In this document: piece after piece, positions 40,549 to 53,315 of the stretch | How positions within the stretch are numbered: position 1 is the first letter of the stretch | How the letters are laid out: each line of letters starts with the position of its first letter | The notes under the pieces: model-generated | The model's input: the letters and a program-made list of their open reading frames with translations, nothing else | The model's database searches: none | What the model was told of the DNA's origin: nothing | Program-made: the position numbers and the translations under genes | Origin: Kudoa neothunni | Lineage: Eukaryota > Animalia > Cnidaria | Direction: 5' to 3' | NCBI GenBank assembly: GCA_964304625.1 | Contig: OZ199840.1 | Coordinates: 8,847,106-8,911,105 of the forward strand | Length of the DNA: 64,000 nucleotides

Positions 40549-43500
40549 GTTGAATGTTGAATAATGAATGTTGAATAATGAATGTTGAATAATTAATGAT
40601 GGGTAACTTTATACTTGAAGAGAACTAAGCAGTTTCGTTTTTTGAAAGATAAAGTGGATATAATGCCATATTATGAAAGAATATCGAATGGGAAAACAGA
40701 AAAACTAAGTTCCTCAATTCTTTTAACGCAGAATTTCTGTCCTCTGTAAATAAGATTTTGGGTAATGAAGAATCCATTTTTAAGGCTCATAATTAGAATG
40801 AGAACTTCTAGCAACCGCAGAGAATTAAAAAAATTCACGATTTCTATGAATTATGCTTCTATTTATTTAAAATTTTCAAATGTTATCTACGTTCATTTAT
40901 CTAGAAACAGCTATTTATGATGTAAATGCGTCAAAGCTGTGCCAATAAATATGTATTAATATATATTAATAACTTTTTCAAACTAAAATTCAATTGATAA
41001 ATATATTCTCTTGAATGTATAAAATAATTAATTTATTGCACAACATTTTCTTTAAAATAAATTATTCATAAAGAATGGTTTCTGCGTGTATTCATGTAAA
41101 TCGTCCAAAACTTATTATGGAAATAAAAAATAACTTTGATAGCCTTGATTATACAAAAATTAGAGGAGTGAATTGCGTTTATTATTATTATTTTTAATTT
41201 TTGTTGACAATCAGCATTAGTATTATCACAACGTTGTCTAAATAATTTGTAAAGTCAAATTGAAATCAAGGATCGATTAGATTAAGCACATTTAATCTTT
41301 ACATCATCGTTGTAAAAAAATTTATTTTTATTGAATTTAATTTTGGATATAAATGCTTACATAGTGGTAAATAAGAGAGATCAAATTGTAATGGCCTACA
41401 TCAAAATTTGGCCTTGTTCGTTCGCGCCGTGACTGACGGGTCATGGGCACCTACTGTATATAGGGCATGCAGTTGTCGATTTAAATCGATTTTAGTAGTC
41501 GAATTTTTTCAGAATGGTTCGACGTTTATTTTGGGGGGAAATTCGAAATATTCCGAAAAACTTGAAAGAGATAATAACGAGAGAGAAATTGATAGTTTAT
41601 TGTTGTTAAATGCATCTACATTGAAAAGGCGGGAAATGAATCAGCCTGTATATATTGCATAGTGAAATTATCTTAGCAAAAAAATGAAATTTACGAGCAA
41701 ATAAACATAATTCTTCAAAAAAAGCATTTCAAGACGCGTCTATACCTCTAACGCTATACCTACCTACCTACCTACCTACCGTTCTGACATCTGACGGTTA
41801 TTTTTTTCTGAAGGATAAAAAATTGAGGAAAATTCGATTTCTTTGCTACTTTTATACAATATCCTATAAATTCAACTTTTGAAATAAAGTTAGGATTTCT
41901 TTTTAATCTTCTAATGCGCAAAATAATATTTTTTGATAAAAAATTAATTTTTCTATTGTTATTTTTTAGAGCCTATGCACTGGGCTGTATCAACAACTTC
42001 CTGGCTGACATGTCTGAGCACATTGTTCGACGGCCTATCGGATTTTTGAACCTGCTGTTCTCGTTAGCACAACACAACGATCAACAAATCAAACGAAATG
42101 TGTGCCAATCATTCCACACCTTGGTGATGGTTAGTGATTTGCTTGACCCTCATCTTTTGAATATCTTCGAATACATGCTACAACGATTAACCAAACCGCA
42201 CGAGGAGTACGATGTAGCGTTGGAGGCCACCGATTTTTGGCAGACTATCGTCGAAGACGAACTACACAATGAACATCTTTTTAATATGTTACCGCGATTA
42301 GTACCGCATTTGATTGTTAATCTTCGATTGAGTGATCAGGATTTTTTGACGAGCGATGTGAGTTTGAATGTGTGCTCGGTTTTTATCGATTGTATAGATC
42401 AATGCGGATGGAAGTTGTAGTGAAAACAATGAGAACGAACTCCGTACAAATATAAAACCGATATTTAGAAGTAAGTTGCGCTTCGTAATCTGTTCGGTAT
42501 TGAAAGATTAATATGGCATATGCTTGAGGGAATTATTTTAAAATACACAAATAATTGCTTATTTTTGAATTGGATATTACGATTTTTTGGTTGGGGATTA
42601 ACAATAATCTAAAAAAATCGACACGCGCACGCGCGAGCACGAATGAGGATTATGGGGAACATTTTAAATTTTTTTAATGTGTAAAAATAATATTTAATTA
42701 AATAAAAAATTCTCGTTACGTTTTATATGCTTTTAAATTTTGAGCCAAATAATAGTAATAGTAATAAATAATAGAATTAGATACACTCTTATTTTATCTT
42801 GACGCCGATTCCCACTAACTTCTAGTTAAAGTTTAATTTACATACACCCAAAATGAAAGCTTTTTTTTCATTTTAATATTTTTCCTATTTCAAAGTCTCA
42901 TTATGTTTGTAAATAAAACAGTAATTGAATCAATAATAAATAAGCCACTATTATTGTAACCCTTTAAAATAAAGCCTTTAAATATTTCCAACAATCATCA
43001 ATAGACACAAAGTCTGTACTTTTGATTTTACCGCGCATTCTATTTTAAATATGGTATCCATCATTATATTGTTTGTAAATTTATTCACATTTCAATCCAC
43101 CCTGTCATTTAGCTTTGTATGGTTGGATTGAGTGTTGTGTGATATTTTTATCAAAGACAGACAAATACACAAACTAAATCTGTTAAGTTATATGAGCTTT
43201 CTATATTTTTGAAATTGTCACGTGAGAGGATTATGCAGAGTGATATTTTAATTTAATTTTAATTTGAATGAGAATTAGAATATATTTTAAATAACTTCTA
43301 ATACAATCGTAACGTTCACATCAAATTCATATTCCTTATTATTTTGGGATTTGAATGCTTTGAGCCAAATAATGGAATATTTTTACTATCGTAGGTTTTT
43401 AAAGTAATGTGTTTTTTAACTTCGCACCAACAATTTCTAATCCAGAATGGCTTAATACAATAATTTTGTAATTAAGAAATATTTTTAATAATGTAATTGT

Positions 43501-46500
43501 TAAAATAATCGCCATATCCCACTCTGACTTTGAGTAGAATCGTTAGATGTTAGATCATTTTTTTATTGCTTTGTTTTAGAAAATAAAAACGCTTTGAACG
43601 ACTCCGAACATGACGAAAACAGCTCAACAAACGATTACACTTGGACGTTAAGTAGTTTATTTGTTGGCGGCGAGTTGTGCTAACGGGTTTTAGGGAAGGT
43701 TAGTGCATCCACTTTGGACAAATTAGCGGTTACCTTCCACAGCCAAATTCTCCCTATAGTGTTTGCTTCGTTGGAACCGTTGATGCGTCAGAATGGTGAT
43801 TGGGTGATTGAAGAGTCGGTCAATCTTGTTTTTGGCGCTATTGCAGATGGTAATTATTCTCCCGCCATTTCGATTTAAACAATCAATTTTCATAAACACA
43901 TGTTTCCTTGGTTGTGATTTATACCACTTTTAGGATGTATTAAAGAAATGACACAATATCTCGAACAAACAATCCCTTTTTTTGTAAGATGTCTTAACTC
44001 ACCAAAGGTATTTATTTGTGAGAGTTGTCGGGGTTGCTTTGAAATCTACCAGATTTTGATATTTTTTTATTCAAAATTAAGAACCGATTTGCCTGATTAT
44101 TATTAGCTAATGATACTTAATATTTGTTGATGTTAATGTATATTTATGGAATCTTCAGAAGAGTCGCAGTTGATTACTTTTAGGGGATTTTTAATTAAGA
44201 AACTGAAAAAATTAGACAACGCGCACACAGTAATAATAGTAGTAATAAAACCTCTGTTGCCAAATATTATGGAGAATTCAAGTGGAGAGATGATATCAAA
44301 CTAAGTTAAAACTTTTTTTTATATTTTAAAATTTTCCAATTACCCAGATAAATTATTATGGATTTTTTAAGGTTAGACTATAACAGTGTAGAAACTTGAC
44401 ATATTTCCTCCTTGCTTAAAATTATTCTCAGGGTGGTTATTTATTTGAAAAATTTTGTATAACCATTCATAAAAACAACTATAATCATCATATTTTTCAA
44501 TTATAATGCTTTATTAAATAATATTGATAGTGATGCAAATTTTTTAATTTGGAATATTAGCAAATATCAAATTTAGTTTGAACTTATATCTTTATTAGAA
44601 GAAAGCCACAGATTTTTAGGATTCGAAATGAATCTCAGCATATAAAACAAGTATTATATTATTTATTATAGATTATTAAAATATATTAATTGAAAAAAGT
44701 CAATGTAAACAATAATGAATTTTTGCATTATCATTGCAAGAAAAGCGGTTTCGATAATTTTCATTATATACAGTTGCGTTTTCCATATTAGGTGCGAGTA
44801 AATTAAGCATATTCCGACGCGAGGTAACTGCCATATCCTCTGAATAATCTTATTTAAAAATTGTTAAAATCTAAATAAATCAGGAAAAGTTAAAAAAATA
44901 GAAACTTAAATTAAATTAAAATAGGAGTGAGTGATTTTTCCGTTTTCTTAATGAGTAAAACGACGTTTGTTGTTTAGACATAAAGTTTATCTGCCTGAAT
45001 ACACAAACATCCCAATGATTATAATAAGTTCAACTATATCGATGATTTTATGAATCTTGTTATAAATATTTTAATTTTTAAGAACATAAATACATGATAA
45101 ACTCCAACTGACCATCAGAGTGTTAACGTAGTGGATTTATTTCTGTGAATATCAAATCACTTTTATTTTAATTAAACCTCATTTCATGGTAAATAATTCA
45201 ATTATTTCAACTAATAAGTGATGAAACATTTTTGGAGTGAATATTGAAACTATTGTTATTTAATGACGAGAATAAGCGTGTCGATTTTTATGAGTAAATA
45301 AGGAATTTTGGTTAATAAAAAAAGCCGACAATTTTTGAGGTACGTACGGTAGATACCCTTACTCAGCTTAAGAGGGGATAAACAAGTATAAGTTTATGTT
45401 TTTGTAGTATTTATAAAGATGATCTTAATTTTTTAATTTTTAATGCATAAAAATGATTAAAACAAGACTGGATTTTGATTATTTAAGTTTCTTTAAACGA
45501 TAAGGTATTTATAGATGCAATTTTCTATAATCTTCACTTCATTATTTTATCAGAATCTTAACTAACGGTTTTTGGGCATAAAAATTTTGTATAGCAACCC
45601 TGTGCCATGCTTTTTTCAGTTTCTATTTACAAAAATCACATAGTCAATCATTCGTTCCACCGCTATTTGGACTGTGGGCAGGTATGCCCAATGGCTGACT
45701 GAACCGTCCCGTAAGAACTACCTTGAGGTTATTCTTCGAGCAATCCTAGAAAGAACACTTGATCCGAGCTCCAAAGTCCAAGGTTCAGCGTTGGTCACCA
45801 TTGCTATTCTCGCTGAGGAAAGTCGAGAAAATTTCACTCCTTACATCCCCTACATATCACAGATTCTTGTGCATTGTGCCAATGCGTGTAAAGTAGTTGA
45901 TTGGGTTAGTGGTGGTGTGCGCCAATCTATAAATTTGTAGGGACAAACGTTGATAGCACTATATGATGTTTTGGCTGCGTTGTTTGACAGTGTGGAACAC
46001 ACCACTGAAGATCCCGTTATGAAAAATCAGATAATACCTTGGATTGTTGAACGATGGCATCAGGAAACCCGTTCCCTTCACCGAGAAACTCTTCCTTTAA
46101 TGGATTGTTTCTGTTCGTTGATTGTTGCTATGCAATACAACTTCCAGCCATACCTTGAGATATCTTTGAAAAACTGCTTCGATATCATACAATATTCTTT
46201 GAACGCTGTATAAATAATTTCACAAAATTCTGTTTTGACAGTGGAATGGTGGTGCTAGCTCCAGATATTTATCGGGATATTTTTTAGGTGGCCAATGGAG
46301 AAATGCCCGAAGACGAAGACAAAGATTTTATGATTCTAGCGCTAGATACAGTATCCACTGTTGTTGAACGTCTTCCTAAGGTGGCACCTGCTGTGATGAA
46401 AGTTTTTAATGTTGTTCCACTTTTGCCACTTGTTGCCAAAGTAGTTTTCATATTGTATTATCACTTATCAAAACTAACTGTGTAGGATGATTGCTTGAGT

Positions 46501-47393
46501 GTGAAACAAAGTTTGTACTCGTTGGTAGGGGAATTGGCTCGTCACAGTTTCGATCTTCTGAATCCAGTTGTCGACCAATTGATGGAGATTATCGCCAACG
46601 AGATCACTGGAACAAACGAAATCTTTCCTCGCGATAAGGAACATTTTAATGTTTACAACAACGCCATATGGGCATTCGGGGAGATAACTTTCAGGGCCGA
46701 TCCCAAGCAATGCTACAAATACATTGGACCTTTGTTGCCGCTACTACTCAATTATGTTGGTGCTGTACATTTTATACCAGTGTTGCGCGAGAATAGCGGT
46801 AATTGTTATCTTACTCAAGCAATTGAGTTATATAAAAGTACGATTCGTATTTTAACCCCTCGAATCCATCTAGTCATTTGCATCTGTTATTTGGGGTTAC
46901 ATTGGCCTAATGAAGTGTCTGCTGGAATTTCTCACAACCTAGGAGACCTGTAATCGATTGAATTTCGTAGTTGGATATTTGTATTAAACATCTATTCCTA
47001 GTTGTGCATGTATTACCGAGATCGCCAGTACAGATGAGAAAAAGCTTTGTCTCATTAGTTTGGCTCACATGGGAAGATCCTGCCCCTCCCTTGTGTCAAA
47101 TGTAAAAAATTTGTTGTGGTGATTGATTTTTAGCCATTTTTCGTTTTTAGAATTTTATTGAGGTGATCAAAGCCTTCACTTCATGGAATGTCGCCCAAGT
47201 AGATAACAGATTATGTGATTCAATCAATTCGGTACTTTTTTTGTTTTTGTATCTTAGCTATATATCCATTTGTTAGTTGTTTTCGGTGATAAAAAATAAT
47301 GTTGATGGCGAAAGATGGAATCAATTTTGGACTAGTGCTTTAGATAACAACACCAAACAATTGTTACATGTTAAATATGGAATCTCTAACTGA
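38192..47393 (+). CDS. TNPO1: Transportin (karyopherin beta-2, TNPO1/2-like), 17 exons, about 921 aa
   Basis: Motifs RKAAGLLIKNN, WPDLLPTL, ICED, DVALEATDFW, WTLRKVSASTLDKLA, FGAIADGC, WTVGRYAQW, DKDFMILALD and NNAIWAFGEI. All 16 GT-AG introns are phase-consistent (13 of 40-178 bp; long ones at 39134-41969, 42471-43579 and 44008-45643). Confidence 0.93.
40499..40619. repeat. 7-mer tandem array (TGAATGA/TGAATAA/TGAATGT) enclosed by about 20-bp inverted repeats
   Basis: TTAAGAATAAAGTTGCCCA ... TGGGTAACTTTATACTTGAA flank about 11 heptamer units, inside transportin intron 4. Confidence 0.75.
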
Positions 47394-47996
47394 ATATTAG
47401 TTTATTTTTTATTTAATTTTGTCGTTTACTATGTTGACGGAATGCTATGAGTTGGAGATGATTTGTATAACGAAGGGGAAATTGTGTATGTACAACGAAT
47501 AATAGGCGATTGAATTTACCCACCGATTGTTATGTTAACGCCCTGCGTGTCGCTTATATATCATTACTTTAAAGTTGAGTTTAAACGATATTTCCTCGTA
47601 TATTTCTGCCGTTGTTTCTGCCAATAATCAGGTAATTACGAAATACATAGAATTGTGTGGAAAAAGAAATTACTTTCTTGTTTTAAAAACAGCCGAAATG
47701 TCAACACATCAAAAGTTCAAAATATCTAAATTGGTCAAAGTTATCATATTTGACTTATTTCGTATTCAATGGTATTTTCTCTCAATGAAACATTTACAAA
47801 AGAGGATAAAAATTTGGATTTTTGTGCAAGTAATTATTTCAGTGAGACGGGAAGAATCCACAACAGATAAGGACTTTCGATTAAATAGAAGTTTATAATT
47901 GGATTCGTTCGAATAAAATTGAATTATCTAATAGTAATGATATTAAATACCAAAGCAATATATTAGTGTTTGAGAAATAACCAAGCAATTCATAGA

Positions 47997-49754
47997 CAGT
48001 AATGGATCGGTCGTACGTGAAACGCTTGAGGATTGGCGAATGGTACACACATTATTGTGCAAGCGCAAAAAATATATTAAACTAATAAATTAGCTATTAA
48101 ACTTAAAAATTACTAAAAAACAATTATTTTTTGTTTAAATTGAATAAACTTCCGAAATAGGGTCAGATATTAATTCTCACGACTTTGAGTCTGAGTTATG
48201 ATGTTTAACCCTCTAACGATCATAAAAACGACTTACTTCCAACGATCATTTGGGGTGGAATTGACCCCACATTTTTATTTTATTTTTCTTTAGTAAAAAA
48301 TATTTTGTTTCGGTTTATAAAATATGTAAGAAATCTATCGAGGAAGTTTCGAGTAAATTAAAATCTACTAACGCATTTATCTTCGATAATCCGTTAATGC
48401 ACGGATTCAGACAACTTCGCTACATATCGTTAATATTACATATTGGGGAAACAGTTGCTACATTGTGGAATGAGATTCATCTAAAAAAATTAATTTAATT
48501 ACTACAATTAAACAAACAAACATAAAAGATAGCTTTATGAGTGTACACTTAAAAAAATAACGCATTCGAACGTCCAACCATAACATAACACTACCTACGT
48601 AATATATATTTCTCGTGGTTTAATTTTTTTAAATTTTTAAACACTTAATGCAACATCTAACTAACTGATCAATGCAAAAATGACGATTGCACAATATACA
48701 AATAACAACAATCAAGCATTGATTTTACTCTCAACATCATATAGATTGTTGAACGCGGCGGAGAGTTCAAAAAAATATTTTATGCGCTCGTTCTTGACGT
48801 AGATCTTTTCTTAATATTCTAAACTAACCCATATTTGCTAATCAATGAAATATCGTTATAAAATAAAAAATTAAATTCAGGATCTATAGACATTCTCTTG
48901 ATATTAAATCACTACTGAAGGAAAAAAATATTTTATATACCCAGTGCAATCGATCGCCGAAATTGCGCACGAACACTGTGTTCGATTAGGTTGCGTAAGA
49001 TTAATTATGATTTTCCTTAGAATTCTGTCGGTAAATTTTTTTAATATCTCACAAGAAATTGAATGAAATTTATGTACAAAATGATCGTTAGAGGGTATCC
49101 TTCAAATTTTGGCTACATAAAAAACCTAAATTATCCAATTGTCCTCAGTTACATAGAAGAATATATTTATAAAGAATAGCTTGAATTCAAGAACATTGGA
49201 ACTAGGGGAGAGAAAGTTATACGTTATTCCATTCTATTATGGGGACGATTCGACCCCAATATCGTTAGAGTGTTAAAATAATTGCCAAACTCTTCCAAAT
49301 GAAAAAGACCGCCTTTGAAAGGTTCAAATTTTTGTCTATGGAATCATATTCCGCTTCTGAATCTTTGGGGGTTGTAATTGCGCTATTGTTACTACCATGA
49401 ATTATGGAGGACACCATGCTAATTTATATTATTATATATTTAAAACATGAGCCTATGTTTATCCTTCATTTTTTAACTAGCTATCACATTGATGTTATTA
49501 TAAAAACTTATTAATTGTTTAAATCCGGTAGAAAAAAAAGGAAACATCTAATTTAATCACGGGGTTAAAGCAAAACGGTAGGTACGACCGATCCCCGCGT
49601 GACTTTTTATTTTTCATTTATTCCTAGTAACTATGCGTATAAATTAGTTAATGCGTATTATTATAACATTATATAATTTTTTGAAATCATATTAAATATG
49701 AGCGTACCTTTAATATGTAAAATAACAAATGTACATAAGACCGGTCCATTATTG
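47997..49754. mobile_element. Tc1/mariner-like non-autonomous element, interrupted by a piggyBac MITE
   Basis: Left end CAGTAATGGATCGGTCGT, right end GACCGGTCCATTATTG|TA. The right about 135 bp are an inverted homologue of 53581-53717. Confidence 0.55.
48209..49272. mobile_element. Non-autonomous piggyBac (MITE)
   Basis: TTAA|CCCTCTAACGAT ... ATCGTTAGAGTG|TTAA, with subterminal GGGG-N9-CCCC palindromes at about 48251 and 49240. No ORF. Confidence 0.85.
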
Positions 49755-50992
49755 TAGCTAATTTAAGGGGTTTAAATCAAGTACCTTCAATAATATAGCT
49801 CTCAATAAATAGAGTAACAAATTATTTGATTTAATAAAGGTCATTCTTTAGAATTTGGTTAAAATATTGGTAAGATGACCTAAACTTATCAATATCAGCA
49901 TAATATTAGCGTCAAAACTTTCATTTCCCATTAATTAGAAGTTTCTTGGTTAGAAATGAATCATGATAGCTCATTGGGAAATTACAAAGGTATGATTGCT
50001 ATAATTATCGACGAATTCAAATTTCAAAGGTGAAGGTATAGTTATTTTTATAGTGATCACCATGGCCAATCTATGTGTTTTAAACAAGCCTATTATCTCC
50101 CATAATTTAGCAAAGAAATAAAACAACTTATGAGAAGAATATAAAAATATTAAATAAACTAAATTAAAAAATCTCCATTTTTATAAGAGGTTAGAATTAT
50201 CTTAAGTGATTCACCTGGTCTTAATATTTATTAAGAAAAATTACAATAAGCATAATCCCATAAATTGGCTAAGAAGTGTCCTCTTGAATCCTATCCAAAG
50301 CGCAAAGATGAACCAATAATATCCCCAATTAGAAAATAAATAAGTGCTACCACACATATAATTTAAGTGCTTTCTGGTACAGAAAACTCAAATAGAATTA
50401 AATGGGTCGGCTATTTAAATAAATTTGAACAATTATTTTTAACTACCTAGGATTTAACTATGAAAAATACCCTATAAAATTTCCTATTAGAAAATGATGA
50501 TATTAAGGATCAAAAGGGGGATTGAAATCTTTCAGTGAAAAGAAAATAAATTAGATTATTTTGCGCTAGGTGATATAAATAATGTATATATAGTACCAGC
50601 AACAAAAGCCATTGGTTCCTTGAGTAATTAAAGGCATATTTATAATTAATAGTCATCTCTAATCAAAATTTAAAATGGAATCTCGGGAAAAGTTATAACT
50701 GTATTAAAATTAATAATAAATTTGGATTAATCAGTAGATTTTATTGTTTGGTTCTTCTAAAATAATTTTATAATTAGTATTATTTTTGTAAACATCAATA
50801 AACCGTTTAATAATCCATTTATATATATAAAAGAAGACTGTTATTAATGTTACTTCAAAAAAGTAAATTCTGTTTTAATTATAGTTCGCGCGTGCGTGAC
50901 ATTATTAATAATTTGGTGTAAATATTACATAAATCAAATAATTTGATTTTTTATTTTTAAAAAACAATTAACACAGATAATTTAAAATATAG

Positions 50993-53315
50993 CTGGACGC
51001 ATTCGAAGCAAAAAAGACAAGGTTCGCAAAATAATAATCTACTCGTTGGATTTGGTTAAAATTTAATTAAATATGATCTTCGATTCCCCTAAAATAATTA
51101 TAAAGTAATTGTATAACATGTATTATGTTAAAAAAATTAATAGATTTTTCTTAATATTGTATGTTATTTATTATGTCTAATTTCATTGAATTGTTCGCAG
51201 ATGATATGTGAAGGGATACGAAATATACAAAAATTATTTTAAAATCTTATATTTAGTATACATATTCTGCGATTTTTAATTTTTTTAAAGAAATTTGATT
51301 AGCATCTGTTTTGATTATATTTAGCACCAATGTAAATGATTATTTAATTTATTCAATTGGACAAAAAATGGCGAGAAATTATTATTTCTAAGCTCATCAA
51401 TAGTTTTTAACTGGAATTTCAACAAGTAAACGACAAGAGTCTATTGAGATGTATCTTATAATTAGAAAGAACAGTTAATTAGCCCACATGTTTTATAAAA
51501 GTAATTTTATTTCTGTAGGTAGTAAAATTTATTTTAAAAAATACTTGAACGCAATAAACACAGTTCTACAAGTTGAGTATGATCTAGATAAATGGACCAA
51601 TCAAACTATGGAGAGAATCGAACTGGGAACGGTGATATGGTTAAATATCGATGGTTCAATGATGAATCGTCAAGCGTTAGAGTCTATAGAATTCGCATCT
51701 ATTCAAAGTGTGAATAGTGGTTGAGGTTGTTGTTACCAATATAAATTCTAAAGTTGTATCGAATTTATTTAGAAAATCCACAATGAAAAATGTTGAAAAA
51801 TTTTATTTGTTCAGTTGTTTTATGTTTATAACAATGAATGTTCCTTGTCGTAATTTTTTGTTTGAAACCTAACTTTGACTATATTATAAATAGAAACTTA
51901 TGGACTTTTCGATAAATCGTACGATAGAAAGGTCAAAAAAATGCACATCTACGATTCCAATAAAGAAAGCGACCCGTTAGATTTTTCAATAATGAGCGAT
52001 AGTGATGGGGGGAAACGAACCCTTGATAAAAATGAAGAAGAACCCTCTGAAGAGACTTGTTTTAAGGATAGTATGTGAAAATTGATTGAATAATTGGTTG
52101 TATTTAGATTTTTGGCATAAAAATTTATTTTTAGGAGCAATGATTTTGTATTATAATTTTGAAAAACAGAAAAATTCCCACTCTAGAGTTCCCGATAGGT
52201 CTGGATGTGATAATCACGGAATAATGGATGTAGGAACTATGATATTTTCGGTAAATAATCTATAACAACCAATATCATTTTGAGTGGATGTAAAAGGAAA
52301 GCAACAGTTCTTGTGGCTCAGCAGCATATCTATGGAGTCATGACATCAAAATAATAGCAAGTTCGTTCCAAAATCCACCCAAAACTGGCCTTACTGTATC
52401 GATGTGGGTAAAACTGATCTGGAGCAATGGTGTACCGAAAGAATTGTTCAGTGTGAACGGCCCACATTTTGGAGTTTTATCTTTAAGAGTAATATAAATC
52501 TAATTTATGCTACAAACAACCTGCTTATTTTTATTTTTTATTTCTTGTCTATTAGGTGGATATTGACTCATTAATATGGTCATATCGTCGTGCAAATAAT
52601 ACTATAGTTTTCAGCGTGATAAGTTACAACTCATTCCCTCGTAAATATCCCCTAACGACCGCATTCACATATGATCACTAATTGAACCCGTAAAATTTTA
52701 GATTTAAACTTACGAAAAGAGTCCAACTACTCACACGTGGCAGCTACCTACAACACTCTCACAGGTGTAGCTCAAATCTATGTAAATGGACATATCCTCA
52801 ACCGAACAGTTACATCAAATATGGTCCCATTCAGCTATTGGGGAAATAGTATCAATATTGGCGGCAATTTCAGAGGAATGCCTTTCAAAGGAACAGTGGA
52901 TGAGATCAAATTGTTTAACTATGCATTGGATTCATCCAGTATTGATGTACTTGCGAATGAGTGCCATTTTGGGCCTTCCAAAGACAGTATTCATTTGAAT
53001 AAAAATTAAAACATGGAATTGAATTTAGATTTCGAAATTTTTAAAAGAGATAAAATTTACACCAGGGACGATATTGAGAAAAATGCACCAAACACTTTGG
53101 AAAAAGATAATCTTTCTATGGAGCCATCTTTTGATGATGCAATATATAAAGATGTAGCGAAATACGAAGTCAACTCTGAGCTTGAAGAACCCAACAGCGA
53201 AAACAATAGCAATGTTTATGAGAGGGAGAGTGATCAATCAATATCATCTCTTGCATTCAAAAAGGATCCGTGGATCGATGTTTCTCCAAGGGAATTTTCT
53301 GATGTTATCAATTAG
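50993..53315 (+). CDS. LamG/pentraxin (ConA-like) fold protein, multi-exon; 5' end and last exon uncertain
   Basis: Spliced motifs ILYYNFE...VPDRSGCDNHG, CGSAAYL, PKTGLTVSMWVKL, HVAATYNTLTGVAQIYVNG and FKGTVDEIKLFNYALD. The acidic tail (ORF 53013-53315) is probably joined by a 42-bp intron. Confidence 0.75.

Noticed and set aside
4118-47393. Stop-codon reassignment (in-frame TGA or TAA seen in several orphan regions)
   Set aside because: Conserved genes terminate exactly where expected with TGA (RhoA after CAAX, GRP94 after RVEL, transportin), TAA (Mic19-like) and TAG (ZFAND). Internal stops in conserved genes are explained by introns.
49836-50525. Long protein-looking frame interrupted mostly by TAA
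   Set aside because: TAA density is about what AT-rich sequence gives by chance and no motif was recognised. At most a decayed pseudogene.
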